From positions 32,001-96,000 of the IMG/VR virus record IMGVR_UViG_3300046665_000434: a DNA stretch of 64,000 bases; one strand, 5' to 3'. Both the position numbers and the translations under genes were made by a program. The first letter of the stretch is position 1, and every line of letters starts with the position of its first letter. The stretch is from a virus. Below are positions 45,521-54,956 of the stretch, piece by piece. The notes beneath the pieces were generated by a model that searched no databases, was not told the origin of the DNA, and saw only the letters and a program-made list of their open reading frames with translations.

Positions 45521-45802
45521 ATGAGAACACTGTGTGTAATTCTGTTTGGCGTGTTCTTCAGTACTGGGTTATTCTATATCGCTGGTGCGTTCGTGGCCGG
45601 TGATTGGAACTCTGGTCATTGGGATGTCGTTTCCAAGCTCTTCTTGGCGATATCAATAATCATCGTCCATTTCGTGATGGTTATAGCTGGACTTGTCCAT
45701 CGTAAAGAAATTGAGACCTGGTTCAGGACTAAGCGAGCCCAAGTATCGGCAGCTAACGTAGTGCCGATTGTAAAGGAACAGGACAATGCCCGGAAAGGTT
45801 AG
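45521..45802 (+). CDS. membrane protein
   Basis: two TM segments. Confidence 0.65.
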   Translation: MRTLCVILFGVFFSTGLFYIAGAFVAGDWNSGHWDVVSKLFLAISIIIVHFVMVIAGLVHRKEIETWFRTKRAQVSAANVVPIVKEQDNARKG

Positions 45803-46193
45803 ATCTCGTAACTTCGATCTGGTGGTGGCGCAGATGCAATCCACCATTCTTCCATCGATTGGGTTATACCGCACCCAGGGCTGGAAGAAGTTCAGTTATC
45901 GAGTCAGTCGTGAGGATGCGGGGATTGGCCGCATCCGTGAAGAGCTGGTGGAGAAGGTTGTCGCCTATGGCAAGAAGGTCGGCATGATCATCTTCTACGA
46001 CAATCTCCACCACAGTTTCCACTTCGATTATGACCTCTTTTCGGTAACACTAACTGTAGATGAGGCCAAAGCGTTCAATGTAGCTTTCGAGGAGAGACGT
46101 CTTGGAACTGTGGACAATACAAATAGCCAAACACCGGTTAGCCAAAAGCCAAGGGATAGTGTTCCTCGACACAACAGTCAAGAGCGGCGATAG
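45786..46193 (+). CDS. hypothetical protein
   Basis: SD AGGA. Confidence 0.6.
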   Translation: MPGKVRSRNFDLVVAQMQSTILPSIGLYRTQGWKKFSYRVSREDAGIGRIREELVEKVVAYGKKVGMIIFYDNLHHSFHFDYDLFSVTLTVDEAKAFNVAFEERRLGTVDNTNSQTPVSQKPRDSVPRHNSQERR

Positions 46194-46470
46194 ATGTTTT
46201 GCTCCTGGGTGGGGCATGGTAATGGCCCACAAGGCTGGTGAGATCTCGGATGAGGACTATACTGAGCGTTATATCGGGATGATGCGATACACCTATCACT
46301 TTCGCAAAGAACGTTGGTTGGAGGTATTGGCTAACGAACGGCTGGCTATAGCGTGTTATTGTACGCCCGGTAAGTTCTGTCACCGCCATCTACTGGCGGA
46401 CTACTTGGTGAAGGTTGGCCAACGAAACGGTATACTCGTAACGTTTAATGGCGAATTGACATCTGTATGA
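46102..46470 (+). CDS. DUF488-like protein
   Basis: FAP.W...YTERY...ACYC....CHRHLL motif; SD GAGGAG. Confidence 0.7.
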   Translation: MELWTIQIAKHRLAKSQGIVFLDTTVKSGDRCFAPGWGMVMAHKAGEISDEDYTERYIGMMRYTYHFRKERWLEVLANERLAIACYCTPGKFCHRHLLADYLVKVGQRNGILVTFNGELTSV

Positions 46471-46486
46471 GAGAAGCGTAGTTAGG

Positions 46487-47125
46487 ATGACTGTCATGAT
46501 AAAGCACATGTTCAAGCTGTTCAAGTGGCTGAGTGACAAAACCGACCAGGAACCCACACCTGAGTCCGTAGAAGAAACACCCAAGACTATAGAACCGCCT
46601 ATCTTGCTGAGGATCGATAAGATCGATTCCGATCAGGAGAACTCACGGCAGTTCTTGGCGTATGGGTGGTGTCATGGCATCCAGACTTACCTGACTAACT
46701 TCGTTTTTGATTGGGTAGAATTCATCAATCGGCAGATAGGGCCCGATGGGCACTACACTACCCGGATGATGCACGTCCCTGTTAATGACGAGTATCAGGT
46801 CAGAGCAGACTGGATCGATTCAGTAGATGGCCGAGCTCTAAACTTTACTGGCGATACTCCGTTGTTTGTATTCATGCCGTATCCTCGTTGGGGAGATGAG
46901 GTGGCATCTACAGACATGCTGTTCGGAGGTCCTAGTCACAAAGCGTTATCTATCCTGCATGCCGTAGCACTGAGGCTGGAATGTCGGATCAATACGATCG
47001 AGACCAGCCCTAACGGCGACATGCTGGTGATATTCAAACCGCGCGATAAAAACTTCGACTTAAAAGAAGTGGTCGGTCGCATCAAAGCGGTATTAGAAGA
47101 AACAACTCAAGAAAATAAGGGGTAG
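46487..47125 (+). CDS. hypothetical protein
   Basis: 212 aa ORF. Confidence 0.7.
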   Translation: MTVMIKHMFKLFKWLSDKTDQEPTPESVEETPKTIEPPILLRIDKIDSDQENSRQFLAYGWCHGIQTYLTNFVFDWVEFINRQIGPDGHYTTRMMHVPVNDEYQVRADWIDSVDGRALNFTGDTPLFVFMPYPRWGDEVASTDMLFGGPSHKALSILHAVALRLECRINTIETSPNGDMLVIFKPRDKNFDLKEVVGRIKAVLEETTQENKG

Positions 47126-47127
47126 TC

Positions 47128-47838
47128 ATGGAACAGAAAGCTGCTAAGAAGCCTCGGGCCCGTACGATCGTAATCCCGATCGACCCTAGCCTCTCCCTGC
47201 GAGAGGTCGCTACGAGTAACTGTCAGGTATTCCATGCATTGAGAAAGCGCACCAATGCTGATATCTACCACTATGCCATTCCTGATAAAGAAGGCGGTAT
47301 CTTTCTGCGCCGTATCAGAGTGGTCAAGTCTGCAAAAGCCGACATAGGCTTCGAATTGGAAGACCTCCCGGATATCTCGGATCTGCACGATACCAATATG
47401 CCCTGGGCTGGACACTGCTCGCTCAAAGACGGAAGCCGTCAGTTTAACTCCAAGTACGTATTGTCCACCGTGATCGATACAGTGCTGGAGTTTGAGAACA
47501 TCCTGTACAACCTACATGTCTACCATGACCCGTCGGCGGGTCCTCTGCAACTGTTCGATCTACATCGAGCCGGGCGGATGGATACTTGCCATACGGTAAG
47601 TGTGCGGGACGATATCCCAGAGATCGATCGGCTACCTTTCTATGAGGAGCCTGAAGCGCTTCCAGAGGCTCTTGTGGAGTTGTTGGCGACGTACGGATAC
47701 CGTCACTCAGGAGGCACGTTGTTCGAACACCCTGACTGGTCTCACAATGCTAACGGTCGCATCAACTGCGTACCTTACGGCGTCATTCGCGAAGTCATCA
47801 TTGGTGAAAAACATGTTCAAGTTAGAACTGGTTCCTAA
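47128..47838 (+). CDS. hypothetical protein
   Basis: 236 aa ORF. Confidence 0.7.
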   Translation: MEQKAAKKPRARTIVIPIDPSLSLREVATSNCQVFHALRKRTNADIYHYAIPDKEGGIFLRRIRVVKSAKADIGFELEDLPDISDLHDTNMPWAGHCSLKDGSRQFNSKYVLSTVIDTVLEFENILYNLHVYHDPSAGPLQLFDLHRAGRMDTCHTVSVRDDIPEIDRLPFYEEPEALPEALVELLATYGYRHSGGTLFEHPDWSHNANGRINCVPYGVIREVIIGEKHVQVRTGS

Positions 47839-48256
47839 GTGGGCCTGGGTGTTGTTGGCACTGGCATTGCTGGGTGGCGTGTATCTGGGTGCCAAGCATC
47901 TTGTCGATACCTACAACGCAGCGATCGAAAATGCGGCTACGTTGAAGTCGGCCAACGACAGTCTCCTGTTCGTCAACAACAATATCAATAACGAGCTCAT
48001 CAGTCAGATCGACGATCGCAAGACGGTCAACGACATGAACGTGAAGCTCGATACTGATAAGCAACAGTTGGCCGGACAGATTGGTGATATCTCCTCTCAG
48101 CTGGATCTGGAGATAGCCAAGCGTAAGTCCCTTGAGCGTGCTGGTAAACTCCAAGTGTGCGTCGACCCAAATCCAGGACCGCCTCCTGAAGCAGCGCTGA
48201 CTTGGAAAGCTTATTGCAAAGCCTCCAAAGACCCTAAATGTAGTACCGGGAGTTAA
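47813..48256 (+). CDS. inner-membrane spanin-like (Rz-like) protein
   Basis: N-terminal TM, long coiled coil, C-terminal Pro/Cys; followed by a lipoprotein gene. Confidence 0.7.
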   Translation: MFKLELVPKWAWVLLALALLGGVYLGAKHLVDTYNAAIENAATLKSANDSLLFVNNNINNELISQIDDRKTVNDMNVKLDTDKQQLAGQIGDISSQLDLEIAKRKSLERAGKLQVCVDPNPGPPPEAALTWKAYCKASKDPKCSTGS

Positions 48257-48262
48257 CCACCC

Positions 48263-48595
48263 ATGATTCGTCCACTGTCGTTACTGTTGCTGCTGGGTCT
48301 ACTCGCGGGCTGTACCACCACTCGCGATGTTGTTGTTAAAGAAACCACCGTTCGTTATGTTACGCTTGACGATCAGTGGTTGGCTGATCTGCCGTTGCTG
48401 GTCACTCCAGCGTACGGTGAAGAGTATCAGAAAGCTACCCTGCAAGAACGTATCGACATGTGGTCGAAGTTCTACATCAAGTACGTAGAGCAGGGCGGTA
48501 GTCACAACCTGACGTTGGAAAACGCAAGGAAGTACAACGCATTGAAACGCGATGAAGTGCAGACCACCACTTGTCGCGATGGAGCGTGTAAGTAA
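48263..48595 (+). CDS. outer-membrane spanin-like lipoprotein (Rz1-like)
   Basis: lipobox LLAGC; adjacent to the Rz-like gene. Confidence 0.7.
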   Translation: MIRPLSLLLLLGLLAGCTTTRDVVVKETTVRYVTLDDQWLADLPLLVTPAYGEEYQKATLQERIDMWSKFYIKYVEQGGSHNLTLENARKYNALKRDEVQTTTCRDGACK

Positions 48596-48891
48596 TGGAG
48601 CTGGTTTATTTCTACGTGATAAACGCGATGCTGCTGTCAGGTAACGATGCGGTTAAAACACCCTCAGGGCCTGTACCGCCGTTTAACATTGGTTATATTG
48701 CCATCATCGTCTGTTTCATGGTGTGGTGCGTAATGAATGGTACATTAATCGTCAGGCAGGTCAAAGGTAAACCGATGACGGCTACTACGTGGGTTATCTT
48801 TGGCGTAGTGACTATCCTCTGTTTTGCCGGGGTTTGGGTTGGCGGTGAGTATCACACCAAGTTCTTGCAACATTGGTACGCAACACACTGA
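48595..48891 (+). CDS. membrane protein, holin candidate
   Basis: two to three TM segments, coupled to the spanin-like genes. Confidence 0.45.
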   Translation: MELVYFYVINAMLLSGNDAVKTPSGPVPPFNIGYIAIIVCFMVWCVMNGTLIVRQVKGKPMTATTWVIFGVVTILCFAGVWVGGEYHTKFLQHWYATH

Positions 48892-48925
48892 CATAGAGGG
48901 CGGGGAAACCCGCCCTCTATGCTGC
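48890..48925 (+). terminator. hairpin terminator
   Basis: CATAGAGGGCGGG-GAAA-CCCGCCCTCTATG. Confidence 0.75.
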
Positions 48926-48942
48926 TTCATTGAAAACATTTA

Positions 48943-48956
48943 CAGTCATACATTGT
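48943..48956 (+). promoter_or_regulatory. putative phage early promoter motif
   Basis: CAGTCATACATTGT. Confidence 0.6.
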
Positions 48957-48996
48957 AAACTTGCACCACCCAACCAACTATTAGGAAGAGCTAAGT

Positions 48997-49890
48997 ATGA
49001 AAGTCCCGAAAACTTATACCAAATCTGACTTCGGTCCAGAGATCGCACGCAGCTCCGATAAACATCGCGTTATCGACATCCTAACCTCGGTCATGGAAGT
49101 CATGGCTGCCGAATTCCCGGCACAGTTGGGCTTCCCCTTCACTATCAATCGTGCTGGGCTGTATTCCTCGCTGCTGAAATTTACACCAGAGGCTTATGAC
49201 CTCTATATCGCTGATGGTGACGGCCTGGCCAACACCGAGGCGTACGAGCACTTACTCAACGAGATGGTGGTACATGCATACAACCTCTCCTGGTCGCATG
49301 TGTGTTTCACTAATCGTGTCCCGTTACCCTCCGATGCTGAATATACCGTAGGGTTATTCCTGGCCAATACGGATCTTCTGCACAAACAGGCCAGTCAATA
49401 CAGTCAGCTGACTCGCAGCTTCGACCATCTGTCTGTCACGGCGGGTGCGCCTGATCCTCTTGATGTCCTCGACCAGAAGGTTAAAGACATCACTGGAATC
49501 CGAGCAGAGGACATCGCAGGACTCATCGAATTCGAAGGGTTCCTCGCGAAGAATCTGGAGGATGGGATGGTGACGATCCACAATCTCGCAAATGTGAATG
49601 AATGCATCCGTGAAGTCATTCTCGATCTGATGCACAAACGCCTGGCAGAAAAACCTCGCCAGTCTCGCGCAACGCTCGAAGACCTGACCGACATGAGCGC
49701 CGCTCGTGAAGAGATGGACCAGGACCGCGCTGGCTATACGCCCAACCGCCCCGGCCGTACTCTGGGTCGCCAGCGCAGCACTGACCTTGAAAATATCCAC
49801 CAGACGCTGGAGATCATGGAGAAACAACTCCATTTCGCAACAGACCTGCTGCTGGGTATTGCGCGGCCTAATCGTAATAAGCAATACTAA
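48997..49890 (+). CDS. hypothetical protein
   Basis: 297 aa ORF after the promoter motif. Confidence 0.8.
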   Translation: MKVPKTYTKSDFGPEIARSSDKHRVIDILTSVMEVMAAEFPAQLGFPFTINRAGLYSSLLKFTPEAYDLYIADGDGLANTEAYEHLLNEMVVHAYNLSWSHVCFTNRVPLPSDAEYTVGLFLANTDLLHKQASQYSQLTRSFDHLSVTAGAPDPLDVLDQKVKDITGIRAEDIAGLIEFEGFLAKNLEDGMVTIHNLANVNECIREVILDLMHKRLAEKPRQSRATLEDLTDMSAAREEMDQDRAGYTPNRPGRTLGRQRSTDLENIHQTLEIMEKQLHFATDLLLGIARPNRNKQY

Positions 49891-49930
49891 CACTGATGCA
49901 CCCCACTAACCGAGTAGGTAAGGAAGTAAG

Positions 49931-50227
49931 ATGTCCCAAGTCAATAGCGTGCAGTACGACGAAAACTTCATCATGACATCCAACGGATATTATGCGGAGG
50001 TAGAAGCGTTACGGATGGCTCGGTCAGCACTTGACTCGAAGTATTCCGAACTCTCGTTGAAGCGCCAAGCTGCACTCATGGCGCATGACGATCTGGCTGA
50101 GGTCAACCGCAACATTGTTGAAGTTCAGATGGCTCGCCGCGACATCAACGACAAGATCGATGAAGCCCTTCAGAAACATCTGGGGTACATCCATACCAAC
50201 ACGCACCATCGCAACATGGTCGGCTAA
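49931..50227 (+). CDS. hypothetical coiled-coil protein
   Basis: SD AAGGA. Confidence 0.7.
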   Translation: MSQVNSVQYDENFIMTSNGYYAEVEALRMARSALDSKYSELSLKRQAALMAHDDLAEVNRNIVEVQMARRDINDKIDEALQKHLGYIHTNTHHRNMVG

Positions 50228-50317
50228 CTGACCTGATGGGTAGATAGGGGAGGGAGACTTAGGTCTCCTTCTTCTATTCTTTCTTTTTTATCAGTACGTT
50301 TTGAAAAGGATAGCAGC

Positions 50318-50887
50318 ATGAATTTCCAACGCACGGATACTGCTCCGGTGCCAGCAATCCTCTTGCTGGTGAGTTCCGAAGATCTGGTAACCCCAGCTCT
50401 GGAACGTCTGGGCATTTCACCGGATGAAACGATTACCCTGGATGCTGCAACCGTATGGGATCGCCGGTGGCGCGAAGCAGACAAACAGAAGGTGTACGTA
50501 GCCGTTCTCACTGAACGTCTCTACACGCAATACACCAGTCAGGTATGGATCACGGCGAGTGGCATGCCTGATCTTGACTGGTCTGGTCTTGATGATATCC
50601 CTGAATACCATCGCCAGTTCCTGGCCCTGCGTGCTCTGGGTTACTTCTTCGGCAATACGCTGATCGATGCAAACGGCGATACTCAGTCGCTGTATCAGCC
50701 TGACGTCATCAACGAGTTCGATGTCATCCTGACTGAAACTGCAATCGATGCCTATTTGAACAAGTTCGAAAACGCATTGCTTGTCGATCCGTACGATGCT
50801 AAGAACCCAGTACCGCCAGGCGGTGGCGGTGGTCTGTTGGATCAGATGGTAGCCACTCCACCTGATGGCGACGATAACCTCATCTAA
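50318..50887 (+). CDS. hypothetical protein
   Basis: tandem paralogue of 50948..51394. Confidence 0.8.
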   Translation: MNFQRTDTAPVPAILLLVSSEDLVTPALERLGISPDETITLDAATVWDRRWREADKQKVYVAVLTERLYTQYTSQVWITASGMPDLDWSGLDDIPEYHRQFLALRALGYFFGNTLIDANGDTQSLYQPDVINEFDVILTETAIDAYLNKFENALLVDPYDAKNPVPPGGGGGLLDQMVATPPDGDDNLI

Positions 50888-50947
50888 CCTCAAGTCGAGG
50901 GACTTCGGTCCCTCGGTTTATGCCGTATCTATAAATAAGGAAGCCGT

Positions 50948-51394
50948 ATGCAATTCAATCTGCTAAGCATGATTAAGCCGCACGCCACGTTACTCATCGT
51001 CAGTGATTTTGAACAGATCGGCAAGGCCATTACCCGCCTTGGCCTTCATCCAGACGAAGTGATTACGCTTGAGCCAAACACAACCTGGAATCGGACTTGG
51101 CGAGAAGCTGAGAAAGAAAAGGTATTTGTGGCTACGTTGGATGAACATCTCTACGACCGAGCAGTTGCCAAAGAACTGTTCGACCGCCTCGAGGACTATC
51201 ATCGCTATTGCTTACAAGACATTATCCTTCCCCACTTCTTCTCTGAAGATACCGTTAACTGCACCGAGACCATTTCAAGACCTGCTAGGTTCCGGGATGT
51301 TGAATTTGACATCATCCTCATCGAAACTGATACCCACGCTTATCTACACAAGTATCGGGCAGCCACGATTCTTGATCCAATCGAGGTCAAGTGA
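50948..51394 (+). CDS. hypothetical protein
   Basis: tandem paralogue of 50318..50887. Confidence 0.8.
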   Translation: MQFNLLSMIKPHATLLIVSDFEQIGKAITRLGLHPDEVITLEPNTTWNRTWREAEKEKVFVATLDEHLYDRAVAKELFDRLEDYHRYCLQDIILPHFFSEDTVNCTETISRPARFRDVEFDIILIETDTHAYLHKYRAATILDPIEVK

Positions 51395-51458
51395 CATACT
51401 CCAGAGACAGCCGCAAGGCTGTCTCTGGATATATTCTTTTTTGTATTTAAAAAGATTA

Positions 51459-51472
51459 CAGTCATACATAGT
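51459..51472 (+). promoter_or_regulatory. putative phage early promoter motif
   Basis: CAGTCATACATAGT after a terminator. Confidence 0.6.
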
Positions 51473-51520
51473 TAGCCTGAAGGGTTGTACAATCAATTCA
51501 CTAAATGGAGAACTATCGTG

Positions 51521-51700
51521 ATGCTAACCCGCCTCTTTGCTAAGAAGAAGTCACCCGACGAGATCGAGATGCTTCGCCGTCAGGCGGGTACAGCTCGGAA
51601 GTTGTTCGAACGTGCAATGAAAGAACAAGGTATCAACAGTGAGGCCGCTACCTACTGGGCCAATAAACTCGATGATGCAGAAGATCAACTCAACGCTTAG
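51521..51700 (+). CDS. small hypothetical protein
   Basis: SD GGAG. Confidence 0.65.
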   Translation: MLTRLFAKKKSPDEIEMLRRQAGTARKLFERAMKEQGINSEAATYWANKLDDAEDQLNA

Positions 51701-51712
51701 TGGGATGACGTA

Positions 51713-51922
51713 ATGGCTAAATTCACACCGAGTGATCTTTCTAAAATACTACTCCCAGAGGGTTGGAATTCTTCTGAAGAACGATTGGCCTTAGAGATGG
51801 CGATCAAAGCCACGACCAAGAAAGTTTTCGTTGGGGGCGTAGGTAACCACATCTCGGGAGGCTCAGTAATGGATACGGATATCACGTTCAAACAAACTGG
51901 TCAAGTAGGTGTCGAAGAATAA
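51713..51922 (+). CDS. small hypothetical protein
   Basis: 69 aa ORF. Confidence 0.55.
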   Translation: MAKFTPSDLSKILLPEGWNSSEERLALEMAIKATTKKVFVGGVGNHISGGSVMDTDITFKQTGQVGVEE

Positions 51923-51975
51923 TCGCCGACATCTACAGCAACACTCTTACATCTTAACGTCCGAGGAGGACTGCC

Positions 51976-52575
51976 ATGCCCCGTACCAACGAACAAACCC
52001 CAAACATCCTCACTGCCCCAGACTCCATAACCAAATCCGCAGCCTGTTACTGGAATTCGGTCACCAAGCGGATGGAACCTTTCATCGGCCTGGGTTATGG
52101 CCGCCGGGTTTATATCTCGGTGCCTAAATGCGATCTGTGGGTTCGTCCAACCGTTCTGACTTTAGGTCTTGTCGAGTTCAACAAAGTTCTCGCTGACCTT
52201 CGTTACGACACCATCGATCCAGTCGACTGGGCAAAAATGGAACAGGCCGATCAGAAGATCGATCGCCTGACTGTGACTTTCGATAACCTGTTCGACAAAC
52301 AAATGATCACCGGGCTGGGAACTCTGGCAGAATCTCTCAGCCTGCGTTATCCGATACCTGCCAATGTATTCCAGGAGATGGCTTCAACAACATTCGCAGA
52401 GATGATTGTTGAGGTAGAGAAACTTCTGCGCGGTATTCTTTCCATCCCGTACAACGAACAGATCGCAACTCAGGCGTTCGATCCTGAACTGCCTGAGATC
52501 AAACACATTCTCGATAACTATAACCCCATCAGACATCGTGCATTGGTGTATCTGGCGTGGTTACTTTCTGAGTAG
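51976..52575 (+). CDS. hypothetical protein
   Basis: SD GAGGAGG. Confidence 0.8.
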   Translation: MPRTNEQTPNILTAPDSITKSAACYWNSVTKRMEPFIGLGYGRRVYISVPKCDLWVRPTVLTLGLVEFNKVLADLRYDTIDPVDWAKMEQADQKIDRLTVTFDNLFDKQMITGLGTLAESLSLRYPIPANVFQEMASTTFAEMIVEVEKLLRGILSIPYNEQIATQAFDPELPEIKHILDNYNPIRHRALVYLAWLLSE

Positions 52576-52585
52576 GTAAACGCCC

Positions 52586-52963
52586 ATGACGTCGTTAAAA
52601 CCTTGCATGTACCCGTACGAGCGTAAAGAAATTCACGATGCTTACGGCTGGCTCTTCACCCGTGAAGAGTACGAGTCGATCGTGACGCGTAACAAAGAAG
52701 TAGCTTGGCACATCGTAAGGAATAACGACGTCGCCGTATCTGATGTCTACATTCGTGAGTATAACGCAGATGGCGGCATTTGCCGCTATATGTCGCTCGA
52801 GTTTTTCGTGACGACAGTTATCCACGGTAAATTCAGCCTTAGTGAAAACATCACTCGTGACTATGAGAAGATGAGACTCGCTTATGCCGAGTTCCTCGGC
52901 GAGCGTATCAGAGATCTCCACTGGCACGAGCGGTTATTGAAACATTTACGCAAGCAGCAGTAG
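52586..52963 (+). CDS. hypothetical protein
   Basis: 125 aa ORF. Confidence 0.7.
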   Translation: MTSLKPCMYPYERKEIHDAYGWLFTREEYESIVTRNKEVAWHIVRNNDVAVSDVYIREYNADGGICRYMSLEFFVTTVIHGKFSLSENITRDYEKMRLAYAEFLGERIRDLHWHERLLKHLRKQQ

Positions 52964-52971
52964 GAGGTTTC

Positions 52972-53322
52972 ATGGCTGATGATGCGCGCGAAGAGGTCCA
53001 TCTTTGCGTCGAGACTTTCTCGAGGCCTTACTCAGATCGCGCAAAGATCCTGGTATCTGAGGAGTTCTTCCACAAGCGCGCTAAGCTCTTGCGGGTGATG
53101 GCCACAACTGTAGAGCAACGGGGCGAGGAGTGGGTAATGGCTACCTACTCCCCGACTGGCCTCAGGTACGAATACGCAGAGGCCCTGCGAATGTTTACCG
53201 ACGGGGAGTTACCGCCCCTGAAACCCGAACAGAAATGGTGTATCTTCGATGGCCCTACCATCAAGTACATCTTCGACCCGTCAATCCCTGATCGGGCTGT
53301 CAACCTCGCCATACCTACCTAG
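52972..53322 (+). CDS. hypothetical protein
   Basis: SD AGGAGG. Confidence 0.75.
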   Translation: MADDAREEVHLCVETFSRPYSDRAKILVSEEFFHKRAKLLRVMATTVEQRGEEWVMATYSPTGLRYEYAEALRMFTDGELPPLKPEQKWCIFDGPTIKYIFDPSIPDRAVNLAIPT

Positions 53323-53335
53323 GAATACTGAGACC

Positions 53336-53782
53336 ATGAAAAAGAAAGAACAGAAGATTGCAATCAAGTTCCACCATCGAGACCAAGGTTCGCACGGTTA
53401 CTCCACGTACGACAACGTCGTCTACAAGCGCCTGGAACTTGCGAAAAGCAAGCGCGGCTTCCTCCATCTGGAACGCAAGGGTAACACCTGGATCCTGCTG
53501 GATGGCCTTGGCCGGGATTCCGATCTCATCGAACAACTGACGTTCGTACGGGAGGAAGATAAAGCCACGGTCATTGTCTGCGATGACGCTCGTTTGGAGA
53601 TCAGTACCCATACTGAGCTTCACCTCCCCAGCCACCAATTCTGGCATCTCGACGAGTTGCCGGACCGTAAGTGGCGGTTGGCATACACCACCGGCCATGA
53701 TATCTGGAATAAACGCCTGACCTTGATTGAGTTTCTTGAGAGCGGGACTCTTGAGGAACTGGGGAAGGTGATGGGTGAGTGA
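53336..53782 (+). CDS. hypothetical protein
   Basis: ATG after AGGA. Confidence 0.7.
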   Translation: MKKKEQKIAIKFHHRDQGSHGYSTYDNVVYKRLELAKSKRGFLHLERKGNTWILLDGLGRDSDLIEQLTFVREEDKATVIVCDDARLEISTHTELHLPSHQFWHLDELPDRKWRLAYTTGHDIWNKRLTLIEFLESGTLEELGKVMGE

Positions 53783-54092
53783 AGACACCTTCAAACGCGT
53801 TCCAGGCAGGGTAGGTCCGAAAGGATCTACTCTCATCCAATCTCGGGTCACCTATGTAAAGGAGGCCTTCATCAGCGGCTACATCGACGTCCGAGAAGAT
53901 TTGATCGCACTCGGCATTCCTCACGTAGACAGTGCGATCATCACTTTCGAGTGGGAATCCATGGGGATTGAGAACAACGGATTCCGGCTGGACTCAAAAC
54001 CTGGACTCGTTACCTACTCTCGTATCAGACGAGATGACAATGAGGAGGATGCTATCACCATCATCGTTAACCTGAACTACCCCAAACCCTAA
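53775..54092 (+). CDS. hypothetical protein
   Basis: ORF overlapping the upstream gene. Confidence 0.65.
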   Translation: MSEDTFKRVPGRVGPKGSTLIQSRVTYVKEAFISGYIDVREDLIALGIPHVDSAIITFEWESMGIENNGFRLDSKPGLVTYSRIRRDDNEEDAITIIVNLNYPKP

Positions 54093-54119
54093 CACACCCA
54101 ACTACCGATAGAGGTACGT

Positions 54120-54896
54120 ATGAAAATTGACATCATCCCCCACCTGCTCACTGAGCGCACCCTCCGTCGCAACCCCATAGCGATTAAGATTAACCTTGCT
54201 GTAGAGGGGAAACTCTGCCTGCATTATAAATATCCGAAGCAGCGTACCGTTTACCATGTCTACAAATGGCTGGCGAACAAAGACTTCATCGCCGAGGAAG
54301 AACGGAGCACTGACGTCGGTGAGTTGATCTGCGACATCATGCAGATCGATGATGATACCTCTGAAGACATTGAGGTGAATCACACTCTGGCCGGTCAGTT
54401 CCCTACGGTCTGGAATCTCATTTCAGAGTTCGATTCCAGAAATCTCAGCCCTTCGGCGTTTCTGTCGGAAGCTATCGATCGCCTCTACAACGCCACTCCT
54501 GAAGAGATGATTGCTGTCCCTTCGCCAGAGAAGGCCGACGAGTTTACTCTCTTCTGCACTCGTCTGGAATTGGAAGAGCTGCGTCTTGAGAAGAACAACC
54601 CCAAAGGCCGTGACCTCAGCGACCGGACTCTGGAAGATGTCTGTGCAACGCTGCACGACATTCGCCGTTTGACAGAGGAGGCGGGTGACCTTAATCAAAA
54701 GACCTGGGTGCCTAATATAAAACTGGCCATTCAGATTCTCGAAGAGTATAGCATCACAGCCTTTTCTCAGCGTGATAACCGCAGTGAACGAGGTCGTGAT
54801 ACCCGCGATGAGCGCGATGAGAATCAACGTGACCGAGATCGTAATGACCGAGATCGCGATCGCGTTGAACGCACTGCTCGCCGCCGCGACCGTTAA
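54120..54896 (+). CDS. hypothetical protein with Arg/Asp-repeat tail
   Basis: SD GAGG; C-terminal RDERDENQRDRDRNDRDRDR. Confidence 0.8.
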   Translation: MKIDIIPHLLTERTLRRNPIAIKINLAVEGKLCLHYKYPKQRTVYHVYKWLANKDFIAEEERSTDVGELICDIMQIDDDTSEDIEVNHTLAGQFPTVWNLISEFDSRNLSPSAFLSEAIDRLYNATPEEMIAVPSPEKADEFTLFCTRLELEELRLEKNNPKGRDLSDRTLEDVCATLHDIRRLTEEAGDLNQKTWVPNIKLAIQILEEYSITAFSQRDNRSERGRDTRDERDENQRDRDRNDRDRDRVERTARRRDR

Positions 54897-54956
54897 TCCG
54901 CAACCTTCTCATCATCCTGTCGCCAGATAGTCTGGCGGCATTCAGGAGTAGTTATA

